Below are positions 10,207-19,954 of a DNA stretch of 64,000 nucleotides, piece by piece. The notes beneath the pieces are model-generated. The model did not search any database. It worked only from the letters and a program-made list of their open reading frames with translations, and was not told the DNA's origin. This DNA is from Myxococcota bacterium (lineage in GTDB: Bacteria > Myxococcota_A > UBA9042 > DTJE01), in assembly GCA_017994695.1 (NCBI GenBank), contig JAGOKF010000010.1, positions 230 through 64,229 on the forward strand, given 5' to 3'. The translations under genes were made by a program, and so were the position numbers. How positions within the stretch are numbered: the stretch's first letter is position 1; the number at the start of each line of letters is the position of its first letter.

Positions 10207-11001
10207 TCACGTCCTCCGTGCCGGAGCCCCCCGGATCGTCAGGACCAGTTCCGCCGCGATGGCCACCGCGATCTCGGCGGGGGTCTCGGCGCCGATGTCC
10301 AGCCCCACGGGGCAGTGCACCCGGTCCAGGAGGCCGGGGTCCACCCCCTCCGCCAGCAGGGTCTTCCAGAACTCGGCCTTCTTGCGCCGGGATGCCATCA
10401 GGCCGATGTAGGCCACCGGCCTTCCCAGCAGGGCCCGGAGCACCTCCAGGTCGTCCTGGTGGTTCGGGTTCACGATCACGCAGTGATCCCGGGGTCCCAG
10501 GGGCATCTCCCGGGCGAGGGCCTCGGGATCCCCCGAAACGCCCGTCGCCCCGGCCAGCCGTTCGGCCCCGAGGAGTTCCTCCCGGCGGTCCACCACCACG
10601 CGGTCGAACCCCAGCGAGCCCAGGATGGCCTGCAGGGCGATCCCCACGTGCCCGGCGCCGAAGATCACGCCCCGGGGACGGATCCCGAACGGTTCCAGCA
10701 GGAATTCCATCCGCCCCCCGCAGGCCATCCCCCCGGCCTCGTCGGAGGCGAGGTCCCACTCGAACCGGGTCACCTCGGGCGCTTCCAGCAGTTTCCGGGC
10801 CCTCTCGATGACGCGGCTCTCCACCGCCCCTCCCCCGACGGTCCCCTCGAGCCTCCCGTCCGCGGCCACCAGCATCTTGGCCCCGACCTTCCGGGGACTG
10901 GATCCCCGGCTTCCGATCACGGTGGCGACGACGAAGGGCACCCCTTCCCGGACCCATTCGGCCATCGTCCGGACGACCATCTCCGAGTCCAACGTCTTCA
11001 C
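10207..11001 (-). CDS. XdhC/CoxI-family accessory protein (Rossmann-like)
   Basis: XdhC_CoxI N-domain and NAD-binding-like C-domain (VIFGAGHVGIALQAILG). GTG start at 10999-11001 preceded by GAGGGAGG. No xanthine dehydrogenase subunits nearby. Confidence 0.65.
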   Translation of the reverse strand: MKTLDSEMVVRTMAEWVREGVPFVVATVIGSRGSSPRKVGAKMLVAADGRLEGTVGGGAVESRVIERARKLLEAPEVTRFEWDLASDEAGGMACGGRMEFLLEPFGIRPRGVIFGAGHVGIALQAILGSLGFDRVVVDRREELLGAERLAGATGVSGDPEALAREMPLGPRDHCVIVNPNHQDDLEVLRALLGRPVAYIGLMASRRKKAEFWKTLLAEGVDPGLLDRVHCPVGLDIGAETPAEIAVAIAAELVLTIRGAPARRT

Positions 11002-11035
11002 GAGGCCTCCCTCTTTCGCCCTCAATCCTTGAAAG

Positions 11036-14000
11036 TCACCGGAGGAATCCCGCCAGGTTCACCGAAAAGGACTCCCGCCGATCCCAGGCCAGGTCCTGGG
11101 ATCCGAACGCCCCCATCCGGAAGCCGGGGGACCGGACCGCCGTCAGGTTGACCCGCAGGGAGCCGCCCGGGAGCACCGGCTCCCCGATCCAGGCTTCCAG
11201 GTCCGGCAGCCCCACCTCCCGGATTCCCCCGTCGGCGATCACCGACCACGCGGTCCACCCGGAGGAACTGCTGACGAGGGCCTGGAGGTACGAGGGACCC
11301 CCTCCGGCCGGTGCCGCCAGCGGCTCCCAGGCCAGGCGACGCCCATCCCAGAATGCCCCGGCCGCGGGGTCCACGATCCAGGGGTACCCGAGGAAGCCCG
11401 GCAGGCGGTGGAACCGTCGCCCGGCCAGCAGCACCCGGCCCCCGGCGGTCACGCCGGCCCGGAGGTCCACGTCGGATCGGGGCGCGAACACCTCCCAGAA
11501 GGAGTGGCCGTCCCACGTCAGCACCCGCCCCCCGGCCCCGAACATCCAGGCCCGGTCCGGCCCGACCACGACGATGCCCGCGAGGTCCGGGTTCCCCGGC
11601 GCCCGGAGGATCGTCACGTCCTCCGGTCCGACCCGCAGCAGCACTCCCCGGTCCCCCGCCGCCATGCACATGTCCCGGTCCAGGCAGTCCAGTCCCCGCA
11701 GGGTGTCGGTCACCGGCTGGTCCACCTCGAAGCCCCTCCCGGAGACCCCCCGGAACACGATGCCCCCGTCCCCGACGCCCAGGATCTCTCCCCCGGGAAA
11801 GCGCCGGATGGCCCGGATTCCCCGGACCGCCGCCGGGAGGGGCTCCCCGACCCAGGCGGCCCCGTCCCAGGACCAGAGAGACGCCCCCCCTCCCACCGAC
11901 ACGCGATCCCCGGACTCCCCCGCCACCGCGACCAGGTCCACCGCCAGGGGCACCGGGAGATCCCGGACCCCGTCGGCCCGCAGGCGGCGAACGGTTCCCC
12001 CGGCCCCCACGAACCAGATGTCGCCGTCGGAGGCCGCATGGACGCCGTACAGGGGCCGGTCCACCCGGAGAGGCCCGCCCTGGAAGGCGGTCCCGTCGAA
12101 CTCCCAGGTCCCGCCCGAAGCGTCGGTCGCCACGGCCCTCCCGTCGGACAGGGGAGCCATCGCCGTGATCTCGGCCAGGGGGGCCGTCACGGCGGCCAGG
12201 CCCCCGCCGGAGTCCTCCGCCAGCGCGACGCCCCCCGCCCCCGGCGACGGGGGCGCGAAGGGGTCCACCCGGCGCGCCAGGGCGACGCTGTAGGGCATCC
12301 CGTTGGAGGAGGTCCCCGGAGCGGCGGCGGCGGACGTGGTCACGTAGAAGGCGTAGCCAAGGCCCCCGTAGTCCCCTTGGAAATGCCGGGGCTGCCAGGG
12401 GAAGCGGATCCGGTCGCCCTGGCGCTGCTGCACGTTCAGCATCGGCAGCCAGCCGTCCTCCCCCAGTTCATAGGACGCGATCACGTAGGGGGGATTCGAC
12501 CCGAAGGGGGCTTCAGGCAGGGCCCCGGTGGCCAGCACGAACTCGCCGTCGGTCTCCCGGTCCAGGGTCACCACGACCCCCTCGACCCGCCCCGAGGGAC
12601 CGCAGGAAAGCCGCCGCACCAGGCCGTCCCGGATCGTCAAGACCCCCCCTGCCACCGGGTCCGGAGCCAGCAGGCGGCACCAGAGCGCGAAGGTCCCCGA
12701 ACGGCCGATCACGGTGAAAAAGCCCCGGGCATCGGGAACGGCCCGGGGCCCGGGATCGGGTCCCCCAGCGTACTGGCTGGTCCCGCTGGCCTCGCATCGC
12801 ACGAAGGGGGTGGTGGTCAGCCAGGAGGGCTTCACCAGGTATTTCCCGTAGTCCCGGATGCGCCCCTCGACCAGGCAGTCCGTTCCGTCGCCCCCGGTGG
12901 AGGGAGGCGGGTCCCCGGACTCGGGGGAACCGACCGGGGACACGTAGAGCGTCGCGTTCCGACCATCGAACCCGGCGTAGGTGGCCGCCGAGAACCCCGC
13001 CTTCGCCACGGTCAGCACCTGGGGTCCTCGGAGATCGGGGAAGGACAGCGTCACCTGCCCCCGATCATCGGTGATCCCCGCCCCCGGGCCGTCCGCCCCC
13101 AGGATGGCCAGGGCCCCGGGGAGCCTCGCCCCGGTCGCCCCGTTCAGCACGGTGACGTTCAGGTCCCCCCGGATGGGGCCGCCCCAGACCCCTCCCCCGG
13201 CGAGGCGCGGATCGAAGTACAGGAACGACGCGGGCCCCAGGGCTCCCCCGCCCTTCCCGATCACCATCAGGGGAACGGAACCGGTCTCGGCCGCCCGGGG
13301 CGCCCGGACCTCCAGCAGTCCCGAATGCACCAGCCGCAGCCCCGAGGCCTCGGCATTCCCGAAATAGACCCTCGCGGCGCCCTCCAAGTTCGCCCCGTGA
13401 ATCCGCACCCTCGCCCCTCCGGCCCAGGATCCCGTGTCCGGGTCCACGTCCCAGAGGGCGGGTCCCCCCGGCCAGTCGTAGCGATAGCCGTCCGGGAGCA
13501 CCGCCGCGGCGTATCCCTGGCGGACCGCCACGTCCGCGGGACCGGGGCTTCCCGGACCGGTGACCGCCCGGATCCGATCCTCCCCCAGCACCTCCACCGA
13601 CCGCGCGGGCAGGGCCCCGATGCGCACCGCGGCCCCGGGCCGGAAGCCGGCCCCCCGCACCAGGACCTCCGTTCCGCCCTCCCAGGAACCGTGGTCCGGC
13701 TCGATCGCCTCCACCCGGAAGGACGGGTGGCCGGGCCAGGCCTCCTTCTCCTCGTAGCGGAAGGCATCGACGCGCCGGACCTTGTCCTGTCCGCGGACGA
13801 CGGTCACCACGGCAGGCCCCGGATCCCCCGGAGGGGTCACCACCAGCAGGGTCCGGTCGTCCACGGACTGCTGCTCCGGGACCCTCCGCCCTCCGAAGAG
13901 GACCTCCACGGGTTCCGACAGCCCGGTTCCCCGGATCACCACGGGAGTCCCCCCCTCCGCGGGTCCCCGGTCCGGTTCGACACCGGTGACGTCCAGCCTG

Positions 14001-14566
14001 CCACGGTACCGGAAGCCCGCGGCCAGGACCGCCGAGGCCCGGTCCCCCCGGACCACCCGGACATCCACCGTCCCGGCCTCCCCCGGGGGAGCCGTCACGT
14101 TGGCGGTCCGATCCGACAGCACGAAGAGGTCGCGCCCCGCCCGGGCCCCGAAGAAGACCTCCATCCCCTCCCGGAAGCCCCCGCCCCGCAAGGTCACGGT
14201 GGTCGCGGCATCCGAAGGCCCCTCGGAGGGATCCACGGAAAACAGCACCAGCGGCACGGCCGGCCCATCCTCTCCGGAGAGGTTTTCGTCCCCGGCGGCA
14301 TCCCGGTCCTCCGCCCCCGGATCCTCCGGGACGGCGGCGGAATCGGCGGCATCCCTGCCGACCGCCTCCTGGTCGTCCTGCGGCGCCGTCTCCCCGGACA
14401 GGTCCGGCCGGGACGCTCCCGGGTCGGTCCATGCGTCCCTGGCGTCGGTCTCGGATGGGGCCAGGTCGCGGGCGCCAGGGACCTCCAGGCCGCAGCCCGC
14501 CAGGACGACCATCCCGGCCAGCGCCCCCATCCAGGCCCGCCTGTCGATTCCCGCCGCCACGTGCAT
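11036..14566 (-). CDS. Large surface lipoprotein with four IPT/TIG domains and C-terminal beta-propeller-like region
   Basis: Lipobox MGALAGMVVLAGC. Four repeats of the V..V.P..GP..GGT.V.IRG.GF (TIG) pattern. ~1170 aa. Start ATG 14566 or 14530. Confidence 0.7.
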   Translation of the reverse strand: MHVAAGIDRRAWMGALAGMVVLAGCGLEVPGARDLAPSETDARDAWTDPGASRPDLSGETAPQDDQEAVGRDAADSAAVPEDPGAEDRDAAGDENLSGEDGPAVPLVLFSVDPSEGPSDAATTVTLRGGGFREGMEVFFGARAGRDLFVLSDRTANVTAPPGEAGTVDVRVVRGDRASAVLAAGFRYRGRLDVTGVEPDRGPAEGGTPVVIRGTGLSEPVEVLFGGRRVPEQQSVDDRTLLVVTPPGDPGPAVVTVVRGQDKVRRVDAFRYEEKEAWPGHPSFRVEAIEPDHGSWEGGTEVLVRGAGFRPGAAVRIGALPARSVEVLGEDRIRAVTGPGSPGPADVAVRQGYAAAVLPDGYRYDWPGGPALWDVDPDTGSWAGGARVRIHGANLEGAARVYFGNAEASGLRLVHSGLLEVRAPRAAETGSVPLMVIGKGGGALGPASFLYFDPRLAGGGVWGGPIRGDLNVTVLNGATGARLPGALAILGADGPGAGITDDRGQVTLSFPDLRGPQVLTVAKAGFSAATYAGFDGRNATLYVSPVGSPESGDPPPSTGGDGTDCLVEGRIRDYGKYLVKPSWLTTTPFVRCEASGTSQYAGGPDPGPRAVPDARGFFTVIGRSGTFALWCRLLAPDPVAGGVLTIRDGLVRRLSCGPSGRVEGVVVTLDRETDGEFVLATGALPEAPFGSNPPYVIASYELGEDGWLPMLNVQQRQGDRIRFPWQPRHFQGDYGGLGYAFYVTTSAAAAPGTSSNGMPYSVALARRVDPFAPPSPGAGGVALAEDSGGGLAAVTAPLAEITAMAPLSDGRAVATDASGGTWEFDGTAFQGGPLRVDRPLYGVHAASDGDIWFVGAGGTVRRLRADGVRDLPVPLAVDLVAVAGESGDRVSVGGGASLWSWDGAAWVGEPLPAAVRGIRAIRRFPGGEILGVGDGGIVFRGVSGRGFEVDQPVTDTLRGLDCLDRDMCMAAGDRGVLLRVGPEDVTILRAPGNPDLAGIVVVGPDRAWMFGAGGRVLTWDGHSFWEVFAPRSDVDLRAGVTAGGRVLLAGRRFHRLPGFLGYPWIVDPAAGAFWDGRRLAWEPLAAPAGGGPSYLQALVSSSSGWTAWSVIADGGIREVGLPDLEAWIGEPVLPGGSLRVNLTAVRSPGFRMGAFGSQDLAWDRRESFSVNLAGFLR

Positions 14567-14833
14567 CGCCACGATTCGTGCCACCCGTAGCATACCAGTT
14601 GCCGCCGCCTGCCGCGTTCCCGACCCGGCGGCGCACCGCCCCACGTTGCAGTTTCCCTTCCTCCCCGGGCTCCCTCAGGCGTCCCCGCCGGGGTCCCCGG
14701 GGCTTCCATCCCGGCCACCCTCCCGAGGACTGCGGGAAAAATCCCTTGCATTCCCGGAACGGAACCCTTACCCTATGGGCGGTTCTAGGGCAGGGCCTTG
14801 GACCATTTTTCAGTCTCAGTGGGAGGTTGCGCG

Positions 14834-16039
14834 ATGAGGAACATGTCTCGGATCTTCGGTTCCCTGCTGATGGCCGTGGCCCTGTTGGGCTACGCGGCCT
14901 GCAGCGACGACAGCGGCGGCACGGACACCACGACGCCGCAGGACGTCATCCAGGACCAGACGCCCCCGACGGACAACGGCGTGCCCGAGGACACGACCGA
15001 GCCGCGGGACACCACCACCGACAACGTCACGCCCCCGACGGACAACGGCGGCACCGACACCGTGACCCCCCCGACCGACGAGGGCGGCACCGACACCGTG
15101 ACCCCCCCGACTGACGAGGGCTGCGTGCCCAACTGCGAGGGCCGGGTGTGCGGCAACAACGGCTGCGGCGGCGAGTGCGAGCCCGGCTGCGGCGAGAACG
15201 AGGTCTGCAACCTCCAGGGGCAGTGCGACGCCACCTGCGTGTGGGAAGACGACAAGCCCACCTCCTGGGGCCCCGGCGCGGTGGTCTCCTCCCTGGCGAC
15301 CCCCGGTGACGCGGCCGTCGTGAAGGCGACGTGCTTCGATTACACCGGCGAGGGCGACGGCGACAACGGCCTGAAGGGTCTGGCCGGCCAGGTCAACGGC
15401 CCCCTGAGCGGCGCGGTGAACGGCGGCGACATCGCCATCATCTTCGAGCTGGCGGGCGTGACCGACTTCGTGAACACCCCGTCCTTCCAGCTGAACGGCC
15501 TGCTGGGCGAGTCCACCGTGAACCCGCCCGCCCTGACCGGCGACTTCTACGTCCAGGAGGACTCCTACGTGAAGGAGACCTGCCTGCCCATGATCTACTT
15601 CAAGGGCGCGAGCATCACCGACGGCGTCCTGGCGGCGGGCCCCTCCGAGTTCCGGCTGTCCATCCCCGTGATGGAGGGCCTGGTCATCGACGCGACCCTG
15701 ATCCAGGCCCAGCTGAAGGGCACCATCGCCAACGGCGATACCACCGACGGGTTCGAGATCACCGGCGGCGTGCTGTCTGGCGTCCTGACCAAGGAGGAAC
15801 TGGAGAACGCCCTGAACGCCCTGCAGGCCACCTGCGACGCGGCGCCGGCCCCGAAGCCCGACTACTGCGGCTACCTGTCGGTGGCCCGGTCGGCCATGGC
15901 ACTGCTGTTCGACCTGCACCAGAACGGCGACGGCACCTTCAGCCCGAAGAGCAAGGAACTCCCCGGCGACGCCGCCTCGGTGTGCCTGACCTTCGGCGCC
16001 TCCAAGGCGAAGGTGATCGGGTTCCCGCCCGCGAACTGA
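14834..16039 (+). CDS. Secreted lipoprotein with Thr/Pro-rich tandem repeats and Cys-rich EGF-like module, hypothetical
   Basis: RBS GGGAGG 7 nt before ATG 14834. Signal/lipobox MRNMSRIFGSLLMAVALLGYAAC. Repeats GGTDTVTPPTDE. CGNNGCGGECEPGCGENEVCNLQGQC. Confidence 0.7.
   Translation: MRNMSRIFGSLLMAVALLGYAACSDDSGGTDTTTPQDVIQDQTPPTDNGVPEDTTEPRDTTTDNVTPPTDNGGTDTVTPPTDEGGTDTVTPPTDEGCVPNCEGRVCGNNGCGGECEPGCGENEVCNLQGQCDATCVWEDDKPTSWGPGAVVSSLATPGDAAVVKATCFDYTGEGDGDNGLKGLAGQVNGPLSGAVNGGDIAIIFELAGVTDFVNTPSFQLNGLLGESTVNPPALTGDFYVQEDSYVKETCLPMIYFKGASITDGVLAAGPSEFRLSIPVMEGLVIDATLIQAQLKGTIANGDTTDGFEITGGVLSGVLTKEELENALNALQATCDAAPAPKPDYCGYLSVARSAMALLFDLHQNGDGTFSPKSKELPGDAASVCLTFGASKAKVIGFPPAN
14960..15120 (+). 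repeat. In-frame tandem 36-nt repeat (GGTDTVTPPTDE units plus degenerate copies)
   Basis: ggcggcaccgacaccgtgacccccccgac(c/t)gacgag occurs twice in tandem (~15046-15117), preceded by partial copies. Confidence 0.7.
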
Positions 16040-16054
16040 TCCCGGCGTGAAGGT

Positions 16055-16079
16055 CCCCGGAGGCTTCGTGCCTCCGGGG
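16055..16079 (+). terminator. GC-rich hairpin downstream of lipoprotein gene (possible intrinsic terminator)
   Basis: CCCCGGAGGC-ttcgt-GCCTCCGGGG perfect 10-bp stem 16 nt after stop. No U-tract, as is common in high-GC genomes. Confidence 0.4.
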
Positions 16080-16139
16080 CTCCCCTTCCCCGGCCTGCAC
16101 CGTTAGAATCCTCCCCGGCTTCCTCTTAGGGAGATCGCC

Positions 16140-18707
16140 TTGCCCGTCCGCCTGGAGGTCGTCAACCCCCGCAGCCCCCGGATCCTCGCCCGGCTGTTCC
16201 GACTGGCGGGCTTCCTGGCGGTCGCGGGCAGCGTCCTCGCCCTGGAAGCGGCGGGACTGGCCTACCTGCACTTCGCCCGGGACCTCCCCGAGATCCCCCC
16301 CTTCGAGGCCATCCGGTTCCAGACCGCCTCCCGGGTCCTTTCCCGCCACGGGATGCCGCTGGCCGAGCACTTCCAGCAGCGCCGCTACCTGGTCCCCCGG
16401 GAGGCCATCCCCGAGCGGCTGGTCCAGGCGGTGATGGCCTCGGAGGACGCCCGCTTCTTCGAACACCGGGGTCTGGACCTCCGAGGCATCGCCCGGGCGC
16501 TGTGGACCAATCTCCGAGCGGGCGAGGTCCGGGAGGGGGCCAGCACCCTCACCCAGCAGGTGGCCCGGTCGCTGCTGCTGGGGACGGAACGGTCCCTGCG
16601 GAGGAAGGTCCGGGAGGCGATCCTGGCCCGCCGCATCGAGGACCTGTACACCAAGGACCAGATCCTGACCCTGTACCTGAACCTGATCTTCCTGGGCCAG
16701 GGGGCCTACGGCGTGGGGGCCGCGGCGCAGGTCTATTTCGGCAAGCCCCTGGACCAGCTGACGCTCCCGGAAATCGCCGTGCTGGCGGCCCTGCCCCAGT
16801 CCCCGGGCCGGGTGAACCCCGTGTCGGACCCCGAGGAGATGCGGCGGCGGCGGGACCGGGTGATCCGGCGGATGGCCGAGACCGGAGCGATCACGGAGGC
16901 CGAGGAGGAGGAGGCACGGCGGGCCCCCCTGGTCGCGGCCCGGGGACGGGACCTCCTGGGGGACCGGGCCCCCTTCGCGACCCAGGCCGCCTGGGAGGAA
17001 ATCGAGCCCTTCCTCCGGTCCCGGGAGGACGGGAACCTGCTGGAGGGCGGAGGGGGCATCACGGCCTGGATCAGCGTGGATGTCGGTCCGCAACGGGCCG
17101 CCGAGGAGGCGGTCCGCAGGGGAGCCGTGGCGCTCGCCCGGCGGCAGGGCTGGCCCGGGCCCCTGATGCGACTCTCCGAGTCCTCCCGGAAGACCTTCCT
17201 GCAACGCAACCGCGAGTTCCTTTCCGGCCGGGGCCTCCAGGACGGGTCCCCCCCGATGGGCATGGCCGTGCTGGCGATGGTCGCCTCCGTGGACTCCGAA
17301 CGGGCCGTCCTGGACCTGGGGCTGCCCCGGAGGGGACGACTGGTCCTCGACCGGATGCGGTGGGCGACCCCCTACCGGGAATTCCCCCGGGAGGCCGACG
17401 GGAAGCGGCGGGAGATCCCGGCGGTCTCGCTGGACGGACGCCTGAAGAGCGTCTCCGATGCCCTCCATCCCGGCGACGTGGTGCTGGTCCGCCGGGTCGC
17501 CTCGAAGCCTCCCGATCCCCCCGCCCCGAAGAGGCGCGGCAGAAAGGGGGGGAAGGACGTCGCGTCGGCCCCCCAGCCGCAGCCGCCCGAGGCGGCCGCC
17601 CCCCTGGACGACTACGAACTGGACCTGTTCCCGATCGTGCAGGCGGCCCTCGGAGCCCTGGACCACCGCACCGGCGAGTGGATCGCCGAGGTGGGGTCCA
17701 CGGACTGGGACGCCTCCCAGGTCCTCCGCACCGAGTCGGTCCGCCAGTCGGGAAGCACCGTGAAGCCCCTCTACTACTCCTTCGCCTACGACCAGGGCAT
17801 CGCCCCGTCCTCGGTCCTCCCGGCCGCACCCTTCCGGGAAGGCGACTGGGTTCCCGAGGGCGGCACGAAGGAGGAGTCCCTGACGCTCTGGGAGGCCCTG
17901 GTGCAGTCCGAGAACGCCGTGTCGGCGCGCCTGTTCCAGGTCCTGCTGTCCCGCTACGGCGTGGAGGCCCTGAACGCCTTCCTTGCCCGCCTCGGGATCC
18001 GGCATCCGCTGCAGGGGCTCCCGGCCGAGGCCCTGGGGGCGAACCTCTCCCTGGCGGAGATGATCCGGGCCTTCGCCGCCTTCGCCCGCCAGGGCATCCG
18101 GTCGGAGCCGCACCGGCTGATCCGGGTGGTCGACGGGGAGGGCCGGACGCTGCTGGACCGGCGTTCGCCCCTGGACCCGATGGTCGGGCTGCTGGATCTG
18201 GTGGCCCTGGCGGCCCGCCCCCAGGAGGAGGAGACGCGACGGGCCCTGTCGGTCCAGGGGGCCTACCTGATCCGGGAGAACCTCCGGGAGGTCGCCACCC
18301 GGGGCACGGGGTCCCGGGCCAAGGTCCTGAAGCGTCCCGTCGCGGGAAAGACCGGCACCCTCCCCTTCGACGTCTGGTTCCTCGGCTTCACCCCCGAGTG
18401 GGCCGTCGGGACCTGGGTGGGGCAGGATCAGCGGGAGCGCTGGCTCGGGAGGAGCAAGGCCCGGGGTCTGGTCTTCGGGGCCGACACCGCCCTGCCGGTC
18501 TTCATCGACTTCCTGGAACGGGCCACCCGGGACCGCCCGCCGGTGCCCTTCCCCGGATCGCCCCCGGGAATCGTCGAGGTGCCGGTGAACCCGAGAACCG
18601 GGGAACTGCAGTCCGACGGCGGGGTCCGGATGCCCCATATCGAAGGCACGGAGCCGAAGGCCCCCGAGGAGGCGCCAGCGGACCCCGATGCCGCCCTGGA
18701 ATTCTAG
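16140..18707 (+). CDS. mrcA: Bifunctional class A penicillin-binding protein (PBP1A family transglycosylase/transpeptidase)
   Basis: Transglycosylase motifs EDARFFEHRGLD, GASTLTQQ. Transpeptidase STVKP. N-terminal TM anchor. TTG start with AGGGAG RBS. Confidence 0.85.
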   Translation: MPVRLEVVNPRSPRILARLFRLAGFLAVAGSVLALEAAGLAYLHFARDLPEIPPFEAIRFQTASRVLSRHGMPLAEHFQQRRYLVPREAIPERLVQAVMASEDARFFEHRGLDLRGIARALWTNLRAGEVREGASTLTQQVARSLLLGTERSLRRKVREAILARRIEDLYTKDQILTLYLNLIFLGQGAYGVGAAAQVYFGKPLDQLTLPEIAVLAALPQSPGRVNPVSDPEEMRRRRDRVIRRMAETGAITEAEEEEARRAPLVAARGRDLLGDRAPFATQAAWEEIEPFLRSREDGNLLEGGGGITAWISVDVGPQRAAEEAVRRGAVALARRQGWPGPLMRLSESSRKTFLQRNREFLSGRGLQDGSPPMGMAVLAMVASVDSERAVLDLGLPRRGRLVLDRMRWATPYREFPREADGKRREIPAVSLDGRLKSVSDALHPGDVVLVRRVASKPPDPPAPKRRGRKGGKDVASAPQPQPPEAAAPLDDYELDLFPIVQAALGALDHRTGEWIAEVGSTDWDASQVLRTESVRQSGSTVKPLYYSFAYDQGIAPSSVLPAAPFREGDWVPEGGTKEESLTLWEALVQSENAVSARLFQVLLSRYGVEALNAFLARLGIRHPLQGLPAEALGANLSLAEMIRAFAAFARQGIRSEPHRLIRVVDGEGRTLLDRRSPLDPMVGLLDLVALAARPQEEETRRALSVQGAYLIRENLREVATRGTGSRAKVLKRPVAGKTGTLPFDVWFLGFTPEWAVGTWVGQDQRERWLGRSKARGLVFGADTALPVFIDFLERATRDRPPVPFPGSPPGIVEVPVNPRTGELQSDGGVRMPHIEGTEPKAPEEAPADPDAALEF

Positions 18708-19162
18708 GCCCGGGTCTCCTCCTCGCAGATGCGCTTGACCAGCACCGGGTCCACCTCCTCCCGGTGGGCCTTCATCACCGCGCCCATCAGCCGGCCCGCG
18801 GCCGAGGGCCCCGACAGCCCCTGTTCCCGGGCCACCCGCCGGACCAGTTCCCGGGTGGCCGCCTCGTCCAGTTTCCGGGGCAGGTAGGTGGCCAGGTAGT
18901 CCACCTCGAAGCGATACTTCGCGCAGACCGGGTGATCCGCCTGCCCGGCGTCCTGAAGTTCCGCGATGGCCTTCCGCATCATCTTCTGGTAGCCCTCGAT
19001 GACCTCCCGGGCGACCGCGTCGGTCATGGGCCCGGTGAATCCCGGGGAGGTCCGCTTCTCGGCCAGGCGGGTCTTCACCATGCGGATGCAGTCCACGACC
19101 TCCCTCCGGCCCTCCTTCAGAGCCTGGTTCAACTCGGCGGTCAGTCGTTCCTCGATGGTCAT
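18704..19162 (-). CDS. GatB/YqeY domain protein
   Basis: YqeY-like sequence throughout. ATG 19160-19162 preceded by GGAGGA. Convergent 4-nt overlap with PBP gene. Confidence 0.7.
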   Translation of the reverse strand: MTIEERLTAELNQALKEGRREVVDCIRMVKTRLAEKRTSPGFTGPMTDAVAREVIEGYQKMMRKAIAELQDAGQADHPVCAKYRFEVDYLATYLPRKLDEAATRELVRRVAREQGLSGPSAAGRLMGAVMKAHREEVDPVLVKRICEEETRA

Positions 19163-19303
19163 CGGGTCCTCCAGCAAGTCCGGCAGATGGTACACCGGAA
19201 CCGGACCGACGTGGAAAAAACGATTGCGTGATTCGGGGGTTGTCGGCTATGATCCCGCCCTGTTCTGGATTGCCGAGGGACCTCGGCGTTGCGAGGAGGC
19301 TCC

Positions 19304-19828
19304 ATGAAGTTGATGAGCGGAAAGGTGGCGGCACTGGCCCATGACCTGGTGAGCGCCCTCATCGCCTCGGGATCCATCGAGGTGCGTCCCGACGAGTTGA
19401 AAGAGGTCGAGATGGACCTGGAGTCCGTCTTCCGGGAATACATCCGCCTGGACCGGGAGATCACGGACCGGGCCCGGGACGTCATCGCCACCCAGAAGCG
19501 GGATCACACCGAGCTGCACAAGGTGAAGGCCCAGATCGCCCGAGAGCGGAATTTCGCCGTCGGGGAGGGGATGCTGGAATACCTCACCGCACAGATCATC
19601 GAGACGCTGATCCACAGCCGCCACGTGGAGGAGGTCTTCGGGGCCGACAACGACCTGGTGGTGCAGATGACCCCCGTGCTCCGGAAGCACCTGGCCGCCG
19701 ACGAGGAACTGGACGGGGAGGTCCGCAAGCGGATCCGGAACCTGACCGAGGGCACCCTGGCCTGGGACGTCCAGTACCGGAAGGTGATGGAGGAACTGCG
19801 CAAGAGTCGCCGCCTGGACGACGCCTGA
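19304..19828 (+). CDS. DUF507-like conserved hypothetical protein
   Basis: RBS GAGGAGG 4 nt before ATG 19304. Helical, charged 174-aa protein. Confidence 0.55.
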   Translation: MKLMSGKVAALAHDLVSALIASGSIEVRPDELKEVEMDLESVFREYIRLDREITDRARDVIATQKRDHTELHKVKAQIARERNFAVGEGMLEYLTAQIIETLIHSRHVEEVFGADNDLVVQMTPVLRKHLAADEELDGEVRKRIRNLTEGTLAWDVQYRKVMEELRKSRRLDDA

Positions 19829-19954
19829 TCCCCCCGGGCCCATTCCGATTCGCCGTGCCGGATCCCCCGCCGGGTCCGCGCCCGATGGACTGCGTCCTTT
19901 CCTCCGCGTTCCTCCTGCGAATTCCGCGGCCGGACTTGCGAGCAGGACTCGTTT

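Noticed and set aside
11408-19334. ORFs 11408..14590(+), 13065..14636(-), 14816..15919(-), 15939..19334(-), 16502..19231(+)
   Set aside because: Antisense or out-of-frame to the TIG lipoprotein, the Thr/Pro lipoprotein and PBP1A. Low-complexity translations.
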